In this document: positions 10,842 through 22,621 of the stretch, piece after piece | Layout: every line of letters begins with the position of its first letter | How positions within the stretch are numbered: the first letter of the stretch is position 1 | Assembly: GCA_946965045.2 (NCBI GenBank) | Contig: OX337231.1 | Coordinates: 2,170,001-2,234,000 of the forward strand | Length of the DNA stretch: 64,000 nucleotides | Source of the DNA: Epithemia pelagica | Lineage: Eukaryota > Protista > Bacillariophyta | Direction of reading: 5' to 3' | Translations under genes and position numbers: made by a program | The notes under the pieces: model-generated | Database searches by the model: none | Told to the model about the DNA's origin: nothing | What the model saw: the letters and a program-made list of their open reading frames with translations, nothing else

Positions 10842-13800
10842 TTACGATTTGCGATACTCATTGGACGAAGCCACAAAGACGGCTTGCACCAAATCGGACC
10901 GTGTACACGAGGCTCGACAGGTGGGACAGGTGGAGGATTTCGTCATCCATTGGCTCCAACACGACTGACATGCCACATGGCCACAGGGTGCCATGAATGG
11001 TTTCGGATTGGCTTGATCACACAAGGGACAGGACAGACCCTTGGGGGCATTGGAATCGGGTCCCCTTGTGTTTTTGGACCAGGACCGCACAAAGACTTGA
11101 GATTCCGCCTTGCCCAGCACAGAACCAAGCGAATGACGTTGAGGAACTTGTGGGGCCTTTGTTGACTTGGAATTCTTTTTATACGGGTTGGTTATGCGTA
11201 ACGGCGCAGTCGTCGCCTTGGTAGATGGAGGAGGATCCTTTGGTGCCGTTACAGGCTTGGTTGGTTCCGAATGGTTTGGGGGTGGTATAGATGGTTGCAG
11301 AGGCTGGACTTGTTGTTGTTGTTGTTGTTGTTGTTCCAACCGAGGTATCTTTCGAGGATTTTGTTCCGCACCAGTTTTGAATGAGGCAGAATCGGCAATG
11401 GATGAGGACGGCTTTTTGCTCTCCGATGGGCGAAGATAAGGGTTCTTGGGCACTGTCGACGAGGAGGATGTTGATGACATGGAACTTGGACGTTTGCGAA
11501 TGTATGGATTCTTGCATGGTTCTGGTTTCGTTCCAACCAGAGGTTCCTTCGGGGTGGTGTTGGTCGTCGCGGGCGGGAAATGACTGCTTCGTTTCGGCAA
11601 GGCAAAGCGACGCATATCCATGCCTGCCGCACCGACGCGTGCTCGATCCCGTTGTTTCAACTCATCCATTTTCTCTCGGGCCGTCATGTCATCCACAATG
11701 GTTTGGGCTTGTTCCTTGTAACGCAGAGGGATCATACGGACAAAGGCGGCACACATGGGGCGTGATTGACTCTTGTCGGTGCTTTTCCCGTGCAAGATGG
11801 ACAGTGCTTCATGAATGTCTTCTATCAATGGCCGAGGATCAGAAGAGGTCACCAGTGAAGACGAGTCATCTGCATCTGTCACCCATAGCTTTTGGATCAC
11901 ACGCAACACGCAGCATTTCAAACGACTGTGGTCGGCAGGGGCAATGCATTTTTTGGCAATGTCATTGAGAGGCGAGGCTTCAAAAATCATGCGGTAGGCC
12001 AAACTTTCCGTATCTTTTTTGTATGCTTGCGGTAAAAGCTGAAAGAAAATTGATAATAGACTTTCCTGAGGCGCTTGAGTCAGTTTGTCACCGCTGTGCC
12101 GAATCAAAATGTCGAGAACCTGGTGCGCGTTCTGATGATAGGTTCGTCCATCATGAGCATCACTGGACTTCTTCATGGTGACAATTGCCTTGCGTATCTT
12201 GGCTTGATCAGCAGTGGAGAGGGATTTGGTTCCTTCCATGAATCGGACGGCGGACTTATCACGAGCTTGGGCCTTGACCTTCGGAGGACGGGTAGATAGA
12301 GCGGACTTTGCAAACACACTGTCATACGAGACTGGCTTTTTGGTAGTGTTGCTCCCTTGACTGGGTCGGGAACTTGGATGCGATGATGGCTGGTTCATTG
12401 ATCCAAGAAGAGTGTTTGAACTCACTGTGGCTATGACTTGATCCGGTGGAATATACGAACCCGACACCATGGAATCTACTTGTGACTGTTCAAGAGAATT
12501 GGCCGACGGTTTGGCCTCCATGCGACGAATCAAGGCAACCTTGGCACAATTTTCCGTATTCTCTTCATCATCCTTCTCAAACAATGGCGGGCAGGCTGGT
12601 GCGGCTGGTATTGCGGGAACAAGTTCAAATGATTTCGCCTGAACGGCTTTGTAAAATTGCCTCAAGTCTTTCTCAGCCAAAGCAAAGCCTTGGTCCTTGA
12701 GCACGTGTGGCCGAATCCATTTGCTTAACCCCAGTAGATTGCGGTCTTGGTCAAATCGTGAATCCAGCAGCAAGACTGCACCATAGTCGGTGCGACTTCG
12801 AATCACTCGACCAACAGCTTGATTGACGGCGCGGTGTGCTTGTTGCGTGTACCATTCATTTCCGGAAAGCTTGACCAGGGAAGACGACACGGAAAGTCGT
12901 TTCTTGTCTTCGTCCGATGGCGAACTAAAGCCACCGTCATTTATCTTGAGTTGTTGTTGCTGCTTGGCTTGGCTGGCCACTCGTACGGCCCCGTCCAAGT
13001 ATTCTCGTTTCAGTTTGACCTTGGCATCCATGGCGGGGGCAAAGGGAATACCGGTAATAATCACCGCACGACTCATGTCATTGGCAAAATCAATTCCCTC
13101 ACTAATCTTTCCCCGACAAACGCCCATCAAGATGCAACCGGGCGAGTGTGGCAAGTTCAAGAGTCTTTGAAATTCCGCAATCGCCTCATTCAAATCGGCC
13201 GAGGACCGGGGTTCCAATACCACGGATTTCACTTCCAGCAGTTTGTGCCACAAGGATTGAGACAGTGTGGATGACGACGAAGGGATTTGGGGAAAGACAA
13301 ACTGATTGACGCCGGTAGACGCTTTTTTCTTGCGTCGTTGTTGGGGCGCAAAAAAGTCTGTTTTCTTGGTGTTGCCTCCAAAGGAAGACGACGCCGACGG
13401 TCCACCCCACTTTTCAAGACAAGCATCCATGACACCATAACTTGGGAAAAAGACAAGGACACCAGCCGGTATAACTTTGGTCAGCCTCACAAGGGTTGCG
13501 CCTAAATCTTTGTAGTAGTCGGCATTCTTTCGGTTTTCGTAGGAACTCGACAAGACTTGGTTATTCACGCCTCTACCAATCACTCGAACATGGAGTTGCT
13601 GCTTTGCATCAATAATGTGTGGATTCTCCAAGGTATGTGGAAAGGGCAGGCCCAATTCCATACTGTAAGAAGGCAAGGGTGACAATGTCCCGGATGTGAC
13701 CAGAATGGAACGGACATTGAGATTGGCCAATTCTTCCATGGCCAAGGCAGGGGCAAAACACCAGTACGATATGGTTCGACTGACAGGACTCGGATTGGTT

Positions 13801-15386
13801 TTGCTGTTTGCGCCATTTGTTTTGTTGTTGGGTCCTCCGCGTACAGGTCCGGTCTCTTTGGGTGAAACGTGCTGCGTCAAAGCCAACGAAAACAAGCACA
13901 ACAGCGCACAGTATAAGGTTAAAAGGACAATTTGCGCAAACATCTCTTGTTCTGGAGCGATTGCCCTCGGGGAACGTACCACGCGATAAAAGCTAGCCTT
14001 GGCAAGACACTTGCTTTCGAGTTTGTGTCCAAACACTCGTTTCATACAGGTTGCAAAGTGCTCGAGTCGGGGCGACCCTCGGATGGCACCCGTCCCCTTG
14101 AGATCCAAAATGACTTCATTGACTTTGCGAATTTCTTCCAATAAAATTTCGTGATTGCCATGGGTAATGCCAGCGGCTTGTTGCAAAAAGTGCATCATGA
14201 ATTCTCCACCAAAGGCCGTCTTGGAGGCCGGAATTCGATGCACCAAATAGTCTTCTAATTTCAAAAAGATTGCCTTGAGACGCACCAAGTTGTCAGCCTT
14301 TAACATGGACTGTTCCCCCGATGACGAAAGGACGTGTAAATAGTTGAGAGCTCGATCCACTTCCAGGACACAGCCGGCCAAGTCGGTGTTGGACAAATCA
14401 AAGGAGGCGGAATCACTGGCAAAGGATTCCAAGTTGTGCGCTTCGTCAAAAATTACCACGGCATTGTTCCATGGGACATCCTGCAAGGTGGTTTCCCGTG
14501 CATCCTTGTCAAACAAGTAATTGTAGGGGACCAGAATCAATTCGGCATTTTCTACCAATCCTCGAGTGTAATAAAAGGGACAAACATTCATAGTCTTGCC
14601 CATTTGAACAAGCTCTTCCATATCCATGACTGGTTGATGCTGTTGCTGCGAGGATGAGCCACAACAGCCGGATTGGACCTCGGAAACATCGAGAACTTCA
14701 TTGGAGGGTGGCACAAAGGATCCACCATCCAAGGCATTGCGAAATCGACATTTGCGTTCCTTGCCTAACTTGTTGCAATCATGATTGATGTCACTGGCCG
14801 ATGCCTGTGGCTTTTTCACTTTGGGATGCACGCACATGTGTTCTCGACTCCCCAATACGGCATGACTGGGACGATAGCGGGTGTTGCGTAGTTCACGCAC
14901 CACTTGGGACAATTGCGAGTGGGTCCGACTGGCGTAAATAATGGTGGGAACTTTGGTTTGTTGCTGCTGGGAATGTTGTGGTTGTGGATTTGTTTGTCCT
15001 GTCGCAGACCCTGTCGATTGAGAGCTCGTGGTTGTTGGCAATTGGCTGCCGTTCATGAGCAATTGGGCTTGCGACCGTTGCCAGGCCAAGGTGGAACACA
15101 ACAAACACAAGGTTTTACCAGTTCCAGTGGGAGATTCCAACAAGGCATTTTCGGATCGTGCCAGAGCTTTCAAGACTTTGGTCATGTAGTCTTTTTGACA
15201 TTCGTATGGTCGAAAGGGGAAATGCACGGTAATTCCGTTGCACAGCTCCACCGCCGTAGGAGGAGAGGCTGGATTGACCTTGCGACGAATCCGTACTTGT
15301 CCTTGCGCATGTCCTGGCTCAGATCTACCGCCACCACTACCACCACGGCTGGTCCCTCCGATTCGTTGCTGGACCATTGACTTCAT
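10842..15386 (-). CDS. RTEL1: RTEL1-like Fe-S DNA helicase (XPD/FANCJ family) with C-terminal C3HC4 RING finger
   Basis: ESPTGTGKT, YASRTHSQL, LGSREHMC, CPFY, LVPYNYL, DEAH, TSGTLSP, CRGKISEGIDF, QAVGRVIR. C-terminal CPLC...CGH.AC..C...CPTC. Probable in-frame 108-bp GT-AG intron at 13979-13872. Confidence 0.85.
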   Translation of the reverse strand: MKSMVQQRIGGTSRGGSGGGRSEPGHAQGQVRIRRKVNPASPPTAVELCNGITVHFPFRPYECQKDYMTKVLKALARSENALLESPTGTGKTLCLLCSTLAWQRSQAQLLMNGSQLPTTTSSQSTGSATGQTNPQPQHSQQQQTKVPTIIYASRTHSQLSQVVRELRNTRYRPSHAVLGSREHMCVHPKVKKPQASASDINHDCNKLGKERKCRFRNALDGGSFVPPSNEVLDVSEVQSGCCGSSSQQQHQPVMDMEELVQMGKTMNVCPFYYTRGLVENAELILVPYNYLFDKDARETTLQDVPWNNAVVIFDEAHNLESFASDSASFDLSNTDLAGCVLEVDRALNYLHVLSSSGEQSMLKADNLVRLKAIFLKLEDYLVHRIPASKTAFGGEFMMHFLQQAAGITHGNHEILLEEIRKVNEVILDLKGTGAIRGSPRLEHFATCMKRVFGHKLESKCLAKASFYRVVRSPRAIAPEQEMFAQIVLLTLYCALLCLFSLALTQHVSPKETGPVRGGPNNKTNGANSKTNPSPVSRTISYWCFAPALAMEELANLNVRSILVTSGTLSPLPSYSMELGLPFPHTLENPHIIDAKQQLHVRVIGRGVNNQVLSSSYENRKNADYYKDLGATLVRLTKVIPAGVLVFFPSYGVMDACLEKWGGPSASSSFGGNTKKTDFFAPQQRRKKKASTGVNQFVFPQIPSSSSTLSQSLWHKLLEVKSVVLEPRSSADLNEAIAEFQRLLNLPHSPGCILMGVCRGKISEGIDFANDMSRAVIITGIPFAPAMDAKVKLKREYLDGAVRVASQAKQQQQLKINDGGFSSPSDEDKKRLSVSSSLVKLSGNEWYTQQAHRAVNQAVGRVIRSRTDYGAVLLLDSRFDQDRNLLGLSKWIRPHVLKDQGFALAEKDLRQFYKAVQAKSFELVPAIPAAPACPPLFEKDDEENTENCAKVALIRRMEAKPSANSLEQSQVDSMVSGSYIPPDQVIATVSSNTLLGSMNQPSSHPSSRPSQGSNTTKKPVSYDSVFAKSALSTRPPKVKAQARDKSAVRFMEGTKSLSTADQAKIRKAIVTMKKSSDAHDGRTYHQNAHQVLDILIRHSGDKLTQAPQESLLSIFFQLLPQAYKKDTESLAYRMIFEASPLNDIAKKCIAPADHSRLKCCVLRVIQKLWVTDADDSSSLVTSSDPRPLIEDIHEALSILHGKSTDKSQSRPMCAAFVRMIPLRYKEQAQTIVDDMTAREKMDELKQRDRARVGAAGMDMRRFALPKRSSHFPPATTNTTPKEPLVGTKPEPCKNPYIRKRPSSMSSTSSSSTVPKNPYLRPSESKKPSSSIADSASFKTGAEQNPRKIPRLEQQQQQQQQVQPLQPSIPPPNHSEPTKPVTAPKDPPPSTKATTAPLRITNPYKKNSKSTKAPQVPQRHSLGSVLGKAESQVFVRSWSKNTRGPDSNAPKGLSCPLCDQANPKPFMAPCGHVACQSCWSQWMTKSSTCPTCRASCTRSDLVQAVFVASSNEYRKS

Positions 15387-15977
15387 TGTACGGGTTCAAC
15401 ATTGGACATTGGAAGAATGGATAGGGCGACGATCGACGATGCAATGAGAGAGATTTGAGAGCAATCAAAGCCATGAAAAATGCTTCCAACACGAAAAGGC
15501 GCGGGCCAAACGAGGCCCGCGATTGACCGTTATTTCGCGCCGGGGGACCTCAACTCCACATTACACAAAAGTCGCCGAACCATCGAAACAGATTTGATCG
15601 TTACCTAACAAAATACAAAATTCGTGGACGGGTAACTCCCGGGGCCTTGATGATGGAACCGTAAGGTAAGAGAGATGTGTAGCTAACTTTATAACTGCCA
15701 ATACAACTCGTATGTCAAAGCAAATGAGCGAGCAAAATGATGATTATAACAGAATCATCATTATTTCAATCCATTGCAATCAAGTCAGAGAATAGCTTTT
15801 CATCGCCATAAGGGGCAAGCTGATTCTCCGTGAGTGAATGCATGGACCCCCAAGAAGTTGCTTTTGGCGCGTACCAAAACTCTTGTCCGTAGGAAGAATT
15901 AGTTGTGATACCAGCCGTGTCATGGGATGCCGTTTCCGGTCGCCCGACTGATCACATGACATTCAGGCAGACGCCAC

Positions 15978-17986
15978 TTATAGTCGGCAATAATCCGTAC
16001 TTTGAGGGTTTGCCATTTCTTCTTCTTCATTCTCGTCCTCTTCGTCAATTGTGGGTGTACTATTAATTTCCAGCTGTCGATTGAGGGGGCTTGTTTTGCT
16101 GTCGACATCGGCCTCGTCGCAACTTTTGGTCTGTAGCAAGGGCGGCAGCGTTTCGGGCATGGCGACTAGATAGAGTAGCGGAGGTACCCAGGACAAGGCG
16201 GACAAAATGCCAAAGACTTGCTGATAGCCCAAATCTTGAGCCAGCGCTTCTCCAACATAGCCAGACACGGTGCAACCAATGGAGATTGCGGCAGTGGTTA
16301 ATCCCAAGGTCATGCTAAATCGCCCCGTCCCACCCGAAATGTCCGAAGTGACCAGAATGTACATGGTCCCAAAGACACCAAGTCCAATTCCTCCGAGCGC
16401 TTGCGTTGACAAGATTAAACAATTCATCAGTCCCAAACTCTGGTCCTTGTCATCCCCACGCAACTTCAACAAGAGTGCCAACAAGGAACATCGGACCGGC
16501 AATGACACGAGACCAATCAAGAACAAGGGTTTGCGACCGTAGGTTGTCGAGTATTTGCCACAAAGTTTGGCAGACAGAGCCATGAAGGATTGAGAGACCA
16601 CCATGCACATTCCGGCCAGATACATACCACCGGCCCCGGACCCAATCGCCAATGTTTGCATCACCAGAGGAAGCACAGTCGCATTCGCCAAGTTGAATCC
16701 AAACACAATGAGAATGAAAATTAACAGCACCGGATCGCAAAGCACCCGCAGGGGAGAATCGGCTTTGAGAAAAGTGACGGTAGAACCATCGGCCCACGGT
16801 GCAACCACCTCGAGTGCCGTCCCATCCATACAACCAAAGTTGAAACTGGGAGTTTTTTCGACTGGTTTCCGAACATTTTGTTGCGCAGCCTCGAGCATTT
16901 CAGCTGGACTGAGAGGACCAGTTTTCTCTGTTGTTGATGGAGTGGGAGGAATGTACTCGATTCTCTTGCCATTGTTGAAGCATGACGAAAGGTCGTCCGT
17001 CTTTGCACGCTGAATAGCTGTCAAACCGCGTGCCTCGTTGTGGTCAATCCAGTTTGGATCAAGTTTACAGAGAAAGAAAAGAAGACCTGCACAGGCAACA
17101 GGTGCAACCAAAAATAAAAGTCCCAGATCGGGAAAGAGCCACATGGACAAAAGAGAGCTCGCCAGAGCAAGAACGACCGTCCCCAGATGATTCATCATTT
17201 CATTGTTTGCCACTTGATTTGTCATTCCAGCCACTCCGACAATACCCTGTGTTATACTGTTCAATCCGGGAGGAAGAAAAGACGTTGCGGCTCCCTGAAG
17301 AATCTTAATAATGATCATTAATGTCATGTTTTGCCCCTCTGGTTTGGCCAACGCGGCGGTTGCCAAAGTCAAGCATGTCGTTGATACGGCGGCCGCTGAA
17401 AACCATGTTACTTTGTCATCACTGTAGTCATACAAATATCCTGCTGGTGCTTGAAAGAGAAATTGGCTTACCCCAAAGACTAAGAATATAATCGCGATGA
17501 TGTCATGAGAAGATGGTTGATTCACAAACTACAAATGGGGCGACAAACCACCGAGATTCCCACGTACCGAAAAATAACATTCCTCCCTGTTTCTCAGTAT
17601 ATTCCTATTGAAATGAAATTGTAGAACTGTCAGATTGATGTAAAAGGGCGCTTTGGTTCGTCGCCTTGACACGATGAGAGAAAGCGACTGACGACAGCAT
17701 TCCGTCCCATTTTTTCTCGACAAACGACTCCACGTACTTTCGACACAATGAGGAATGCATTCTGCATGTTGATCATTGTCAAACCATCTCGAATATCGCC
17801 CAGGAAAAGTGACGCCCATCGTAAGATTCTCCTGCAAGAAAAGATCACAGAACGCGTGAGACATGACGACAACAGCGAATGGCGAAGGATGTCGTCTCAT
17901 CTTTTTCAATGACACCTTGCTCACCTTGCTTTGGCCTTGTTGTCCTCTTCTCTTTCGGTTGACGGGGCCTTGGTCAAACCGCTCAT
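15978..17986 (-). CDS. Major facilitator superfamily transporter; 4 exons
   Basis: Joining across GT-AG introns 17924-17832, 17737-17605 and 17567-17480 gives MSGLTK...RRILRWASLFLGDIRDGL...QAPAGYLYD. About 12 hydrophobic segments, GRKPLF loop and GTGRF motif. Confidence 0.85.
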
Positions 17987-18862
17987 GCTCCACTCGTACT
18001 CGAGTCTTGTTCTTTCCCTATACTAGAATTGTTCGTTGCTCTGATGGTTCATAAGTCATAAGGCGCTCTTTACTCGTTTGTCTCTCGATGTTGCAGAACA
18101 AACAAAAATGCAAATCCTGGTCTTGTGATCATCGGTTGGTCGCTTCTCGCTTGCTTTGTCTGTTGTCTCCACGAACGGCAGGACAGCGCTATTTAACCCC
18201 TACTTATTTCTCAATATCACTACATATTACGTTAGAGTCTTGTTCCCATCGCCAACGAGGCGTGCTTGGAATCTGGGAGACAATTACTTATGCCTCACGA
18301 ACTGAGAAAAATACAATGGATGTTGAATGGGATTACTTATCGTATTTGAACGTGCTCCAACGCTCACAAGCATGGCGGCTCCAACCAGTGCACACAAACT
18401 ATGCGCAAACTTTTGAACCACAACATCATCATCATTGGTACAAGAAGGAAGAAGAAACGAGGAACGAAAATGTGAGTGGTCCTTTGTATTTCGGCTCACT
18501 GGGTTGTCGAACGAGGCTCTCAGCGCTGGGGTTATTACAATGGGACGTGAAGCATCGAACATATGACTGTTCCATGCAGCGGGTACTCTTTAGAGTTGCT
18601 TCTCTACAATCTACAAGCTGTAGATAGAGGGACCAGTCCAGATATGGGAAACACAAACCTAGAATTATTGGGGCTCGATGATGCATACTCCGACTCTTAT
18701 TGTCCCAAACGAAATCGAATATATTGAAGGCACCAAAGACTGCTGTCTAGAACACAGTCTAAGAGAGAACCCCACTCAGTAAACACACAAGAAAACGAAG
18801 AATGAACTACCGAGTCAGCCGCAAGGTGCAAACCCACAATCCTGGGATCCTGGCTTGTAGAT

Positions 18863-21800
18863 CTAATAGTAACGCATGTATCCTGGTGCTGTACGGGGAA
18901 TAATGGCAGGGACTTCAGAACGGAGACGTTCCCACATGACTGCATCGACATTACGGTAGATAATGGCACCAATCTGCTGAGCACGTTCCGGCATGGCCCA
19001 GGTCAAAACCTTGATGTAGCGCACGCGTTGAGGATGGCGGGGCAAACCCGTGATAATGTACGGAATGATAACCTGGAAGATTTAAACATTTGATAGTGCA
19101 ATTGAGATGTGATTAACTTGGAATGTTCCGTGCCAAAGCATATGAGAATGAGTCCACTTACCTCCCATCGCTTGGAATCAGTGATTTCCCAAACCTTACG
19201 AGACAACTGCACCATGACTGCAATAGGAAGATATTTACGGCCAATAGGGTTGAGGTGATCTTCTTCCCCACGCAAATGCTCTTCAAAGTGTTCGAAAAAG
19301 CCTGGCAATTCGGACTGAAGTTGCTTGAGAGCATTCTTGCGCTCCTCCACATCCACACTGGTATCCAAGGCCATGTTGGCCTTGGCAAGGTAGTCGGCCA
19401 TCTTTTCGTGGTCTTCCGTGTGATCATCGTTCCATTTACGGGCGTGATCGGAAAAGTAGTCATTAAAGGTTTTGAAAATGACTTCGTCTTCGTGTTTGGC
19501 GTGTTCTTCGTGGACGATACAAAAGCGGTTGAAGTGAGCGGCAAACAAGGCCAAGGTTTCCTTGGCTTCGTCGGAATCATCGTCGACTGTGATATTCTCT
19601 GCGTAGAACTTGAGTGTGGCCAAGTTTCCACGAAAGGCTTCATGAGTCAACTTCATGAAAGACAAGGGTCCCCATTTGACTTCCGGTGTGAACACGCCAC
19701 GTTCACGAATTACAGCGGCAACCGTGTGCCAAAAGGCAGCCAAGTTGGCAATCGCAGCAATTGTCAAGAAAATGACTTCCAGGGTTTGACTGAATTGGTA
19801 TCCATTCAACGTGTAAAAGTGAGCCGCGGCAGCCGCCAAGGTATCCAAGGCAAATACTTCGGTCCAGTATCCCATACCAAAGCCAGCCTTGCCAAAGAAT
19901 CCCAAATAGGGCATGGTGGCCCACAAGAGTCCCAGAAAGATAAAGAGTCCAATGAAATACTTGTCCATCCAACCGGTGTAGCACTGACGGACAGATACGA
20001 ATTCGGGGGATTCGAAGATTCCGGAACCGGCCTCGAAGACACAAATAATGTATTCGGCCAAACCCAAAACACAGGGAGCTGCCAGCCAAATCCAAACGCC
20101 ATGACGCAAGCGGTCGTCACTGTTGTGTGTTGTGACAGTCTTGAAGAATGTGATGACAAACAAGGTAATCCACATGAGCCAGGCAAAGGAGAAAAAGAAA
20201 CGAGCCACCAAGACGTCCGCAACGGCATTTCCATTGTCAGAACGAAAGACACCGACAAGGGGAGCAACCAAGGCCGAAATGGCCAAACCGACCGGGAAAA
20301 TCATCCATTGAGCATGCACATGCTCCAGTTCCAAACTACGACCAATCCATTCGCCGAATTTGCAGACCGTCATGATAGCATGAACAACAGATCCCACCCA
20401 CCACAAGACACGAGCAAATTTGTGCACAGCCGACTCGCCTTCGTCGTCGTCGCGACCATGGATTTCGTCAAAGACGAGGAAGGCATAGAGAGTAATGGTA
20501 ATGGAAATCAATCCAAACGCCGGAGATTTGTGAGGGGCATCCCATTCTTTGGCAATCTTCTGGGGATACAAAGCCGCACGAGCCATGTACAACAAGAGAA
20601 AGACACAAAAGAAAAAGGCTCCAATAAAGGAAAAGACATGTTGCCAGGTTTCCTGTACCACCAACGATCGCTTTTGTCCATCGACGGCACCCGAGCGAGG
20701 GAATTCAAACTCGTCCGAAAAGTTACTCGCCAACTTAAAGGCCGTGGCCAATCCAGCAATGGCCAATGGCATGCCAAAATAATCCACTTGCATGTGACGA
20801 ATGACATCAAAGTCATCCTTGGTCCATTCGTCGGTTTTAACTTGGTACTTGAGTGAAATGTCCGAGGAGGGATCTGAGTCGACACGGGTCGGAACCGGGG
20901 CCTGTGAGTCACTAAACTTGTAATTCCAACTGTCGACAATTTCTTGACGACTGGACGTGTAAATGCGGTAGACCGCATCGGGAATGAGACCAAACTGAAT
21001 GCCATATCTGATCCACAAAAGAACAAAAAACAGCACGATTCACAAGATACCAGTCGTTAGCAACTCAAGAAGTATGAAAGGTTCGTGTGGAACCAGTTGG
21101 TTGTCGATTCGCTTACCCATAAAAGAGACAGCCCAGACAAAAGTCGAGAAAGGCTTCCAATCCAGCAGCAAAGGCGAGCATGCCCATCCAGACGGCTCCG
21201 ACCACGTCGTGATAGTGAAAGTCCAAAAAGTAAAAGAGGGTTCCCATAAAGGTGAAAAAGACTCCACAAAAGGCGGCAAACTGTTTGGGAGGTCCGGGAC
21301 GGAAATCGGGCTTGAAAAAGCTGGTCAAGACGGTCGACGTCATTCCCAAGGGCGACAAATGCGCACCAGCCACGAGACGCAACCCAAAATCGACCAACAA
21401 TCCCACCGCCAAGTAGCGGCCCCAGATTTCGTAATGAAAGGCGGCCGACAAGACACTGAGACAAAAGACTTGAAAGCCTGTGAGACGAATGACCCAATTG
21501 TTGACATGATTGGGAAACCAAAAGGGAGGATTCATGGCCTTGGAACGTTCCATGGGAACCAGCTTGGCCGTTTCGACCTTGTCCGTACTGGTGGTTTGCT
21601 TGCGATGAATGAGGCCCTTGAGGTACACACGTTCGAGTTCTCCCGTCTGATGCAAAGCCTTGAGGTCGTCGCAACCACCGACAAAGGCTCCATTCAAGAA
21701 GATGATTGGAACGGTGTAATGGTCATGCGTGGCACTCAAATAGCGAAAGACGGCCGAACCTTGAGGATGCGTGTTCACTTCCAAGGCATAGACCTTGACT

Positions 21801-22039
21801 CCGAGTTGCTTTCCCAACAAATCTTTGGCATCACGAGAAAAGGGACACCATGTCTTGCTAATCATCAACACCGGATGTGCCTGAATAATGGAGTCCACCT
21901 GTTCTTCCACCGTCGAACCTTCGTAGGAGCCCAAATCTCCCACCACTGTAATGTTCATGCTCGTCGCCATGGCTTCGTCACGAGGCTCTTCCTCTTTGGT
22001 AGGAGTGGGAGGAGCTCCAACTTCGACGTCTTCGGTCAT
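18863..22039 (-). CDS. Fusion protein: monothiol glutaredoxin (CPFS) - DUF4395-like membrane domain - SLAC1/TehA-type channel - hemerythrin-like domain; 3 exons
   Basis: Grx: SKTWCPFS, TVPIIF, VGGCDDL. DUF4395-like: GPPKQFA...CLGC. SLAC1/TehA-like: YFGMPLAIAGLA...WMIFPVG...GYWTEVFAL. Hemerythrin: HEAFR, HAKHEDEVIF, DHTEDH, HLRGEE. GT-AG introns 21116-21008 and 19161-19073 join all domains in frame. ATG at 22039. Confidence 0.82.
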
Positions 22040-22108
22040 TTTCAATTCGTTTTTGGAAGAGAACGTTGTTGATGCTCGTCGAAAAATGTGTCAACCTCAA
22101 AGGGAAAT

Positions 22109-22265
22109 TGTGAGGTTGTATATGCACCTATGCTGACATCACCTACTCTCCATCTTACTCTCGATTCAAAAGATTCCTCCTCGTTCCATACGATTCATTC
22201 TTCCAATTTATGTTCCGCATCATCTTACGTGAAATGTTCCATATCAAGTTCCGTATCAAACTTTA
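22109..22265 (+). repeat. Element B 5' LTR, left part
   Basis: Matches the start of the 3' LTR at 38656 and ends at the duplicated TA. Confidence 0.93.
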
Positions 22266-22621
22266 CAAGCTGGTTCGAGACGAAACCTGCATGACAGTAT
22301 TAGTGTAAGAAAAACTTACAATAAAGTAGGACTACACTTTAGCCCACAGTACCCTAGCGTTCTGGTATGCCTTCGGGTTTTTCGGTTACGAGCTTGCCCT
22401 CACATTTTGTCACGCATTTCATTCAAAAAGCAAATATCGATAACGATTAGTGACCGCTTCCCATGACGATGGCCGTCGTAGGCCCTTCGACCCGACACCA
22501 CCCCCCCAGACTTTTAGTATAGGTGTAATAGAACAATACCAGAATGGTGGTGTCGGGTCAAGCGACCTACATCTAGCGTTATACCAGTAGTTAGTACTTA
22601 GTGCTTTACGATCATCCTCCA

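Noticed and set aside
11310-11336. (TTG)n run here, and (TCT)n/(GAC)n runs near 40000-40100
   Set aside because: Ordinary coding microsatellites giving poly-Q, poly-S and poly-D tracts.
19123-22072. Long plus-strand ORFs 19123-20856 (577 aa) and 20999-22072 (357 aa)
   Set aside because: Antisense shadows of the motif-bearing minus-strand fusion gene; they contain no recognisable domains.
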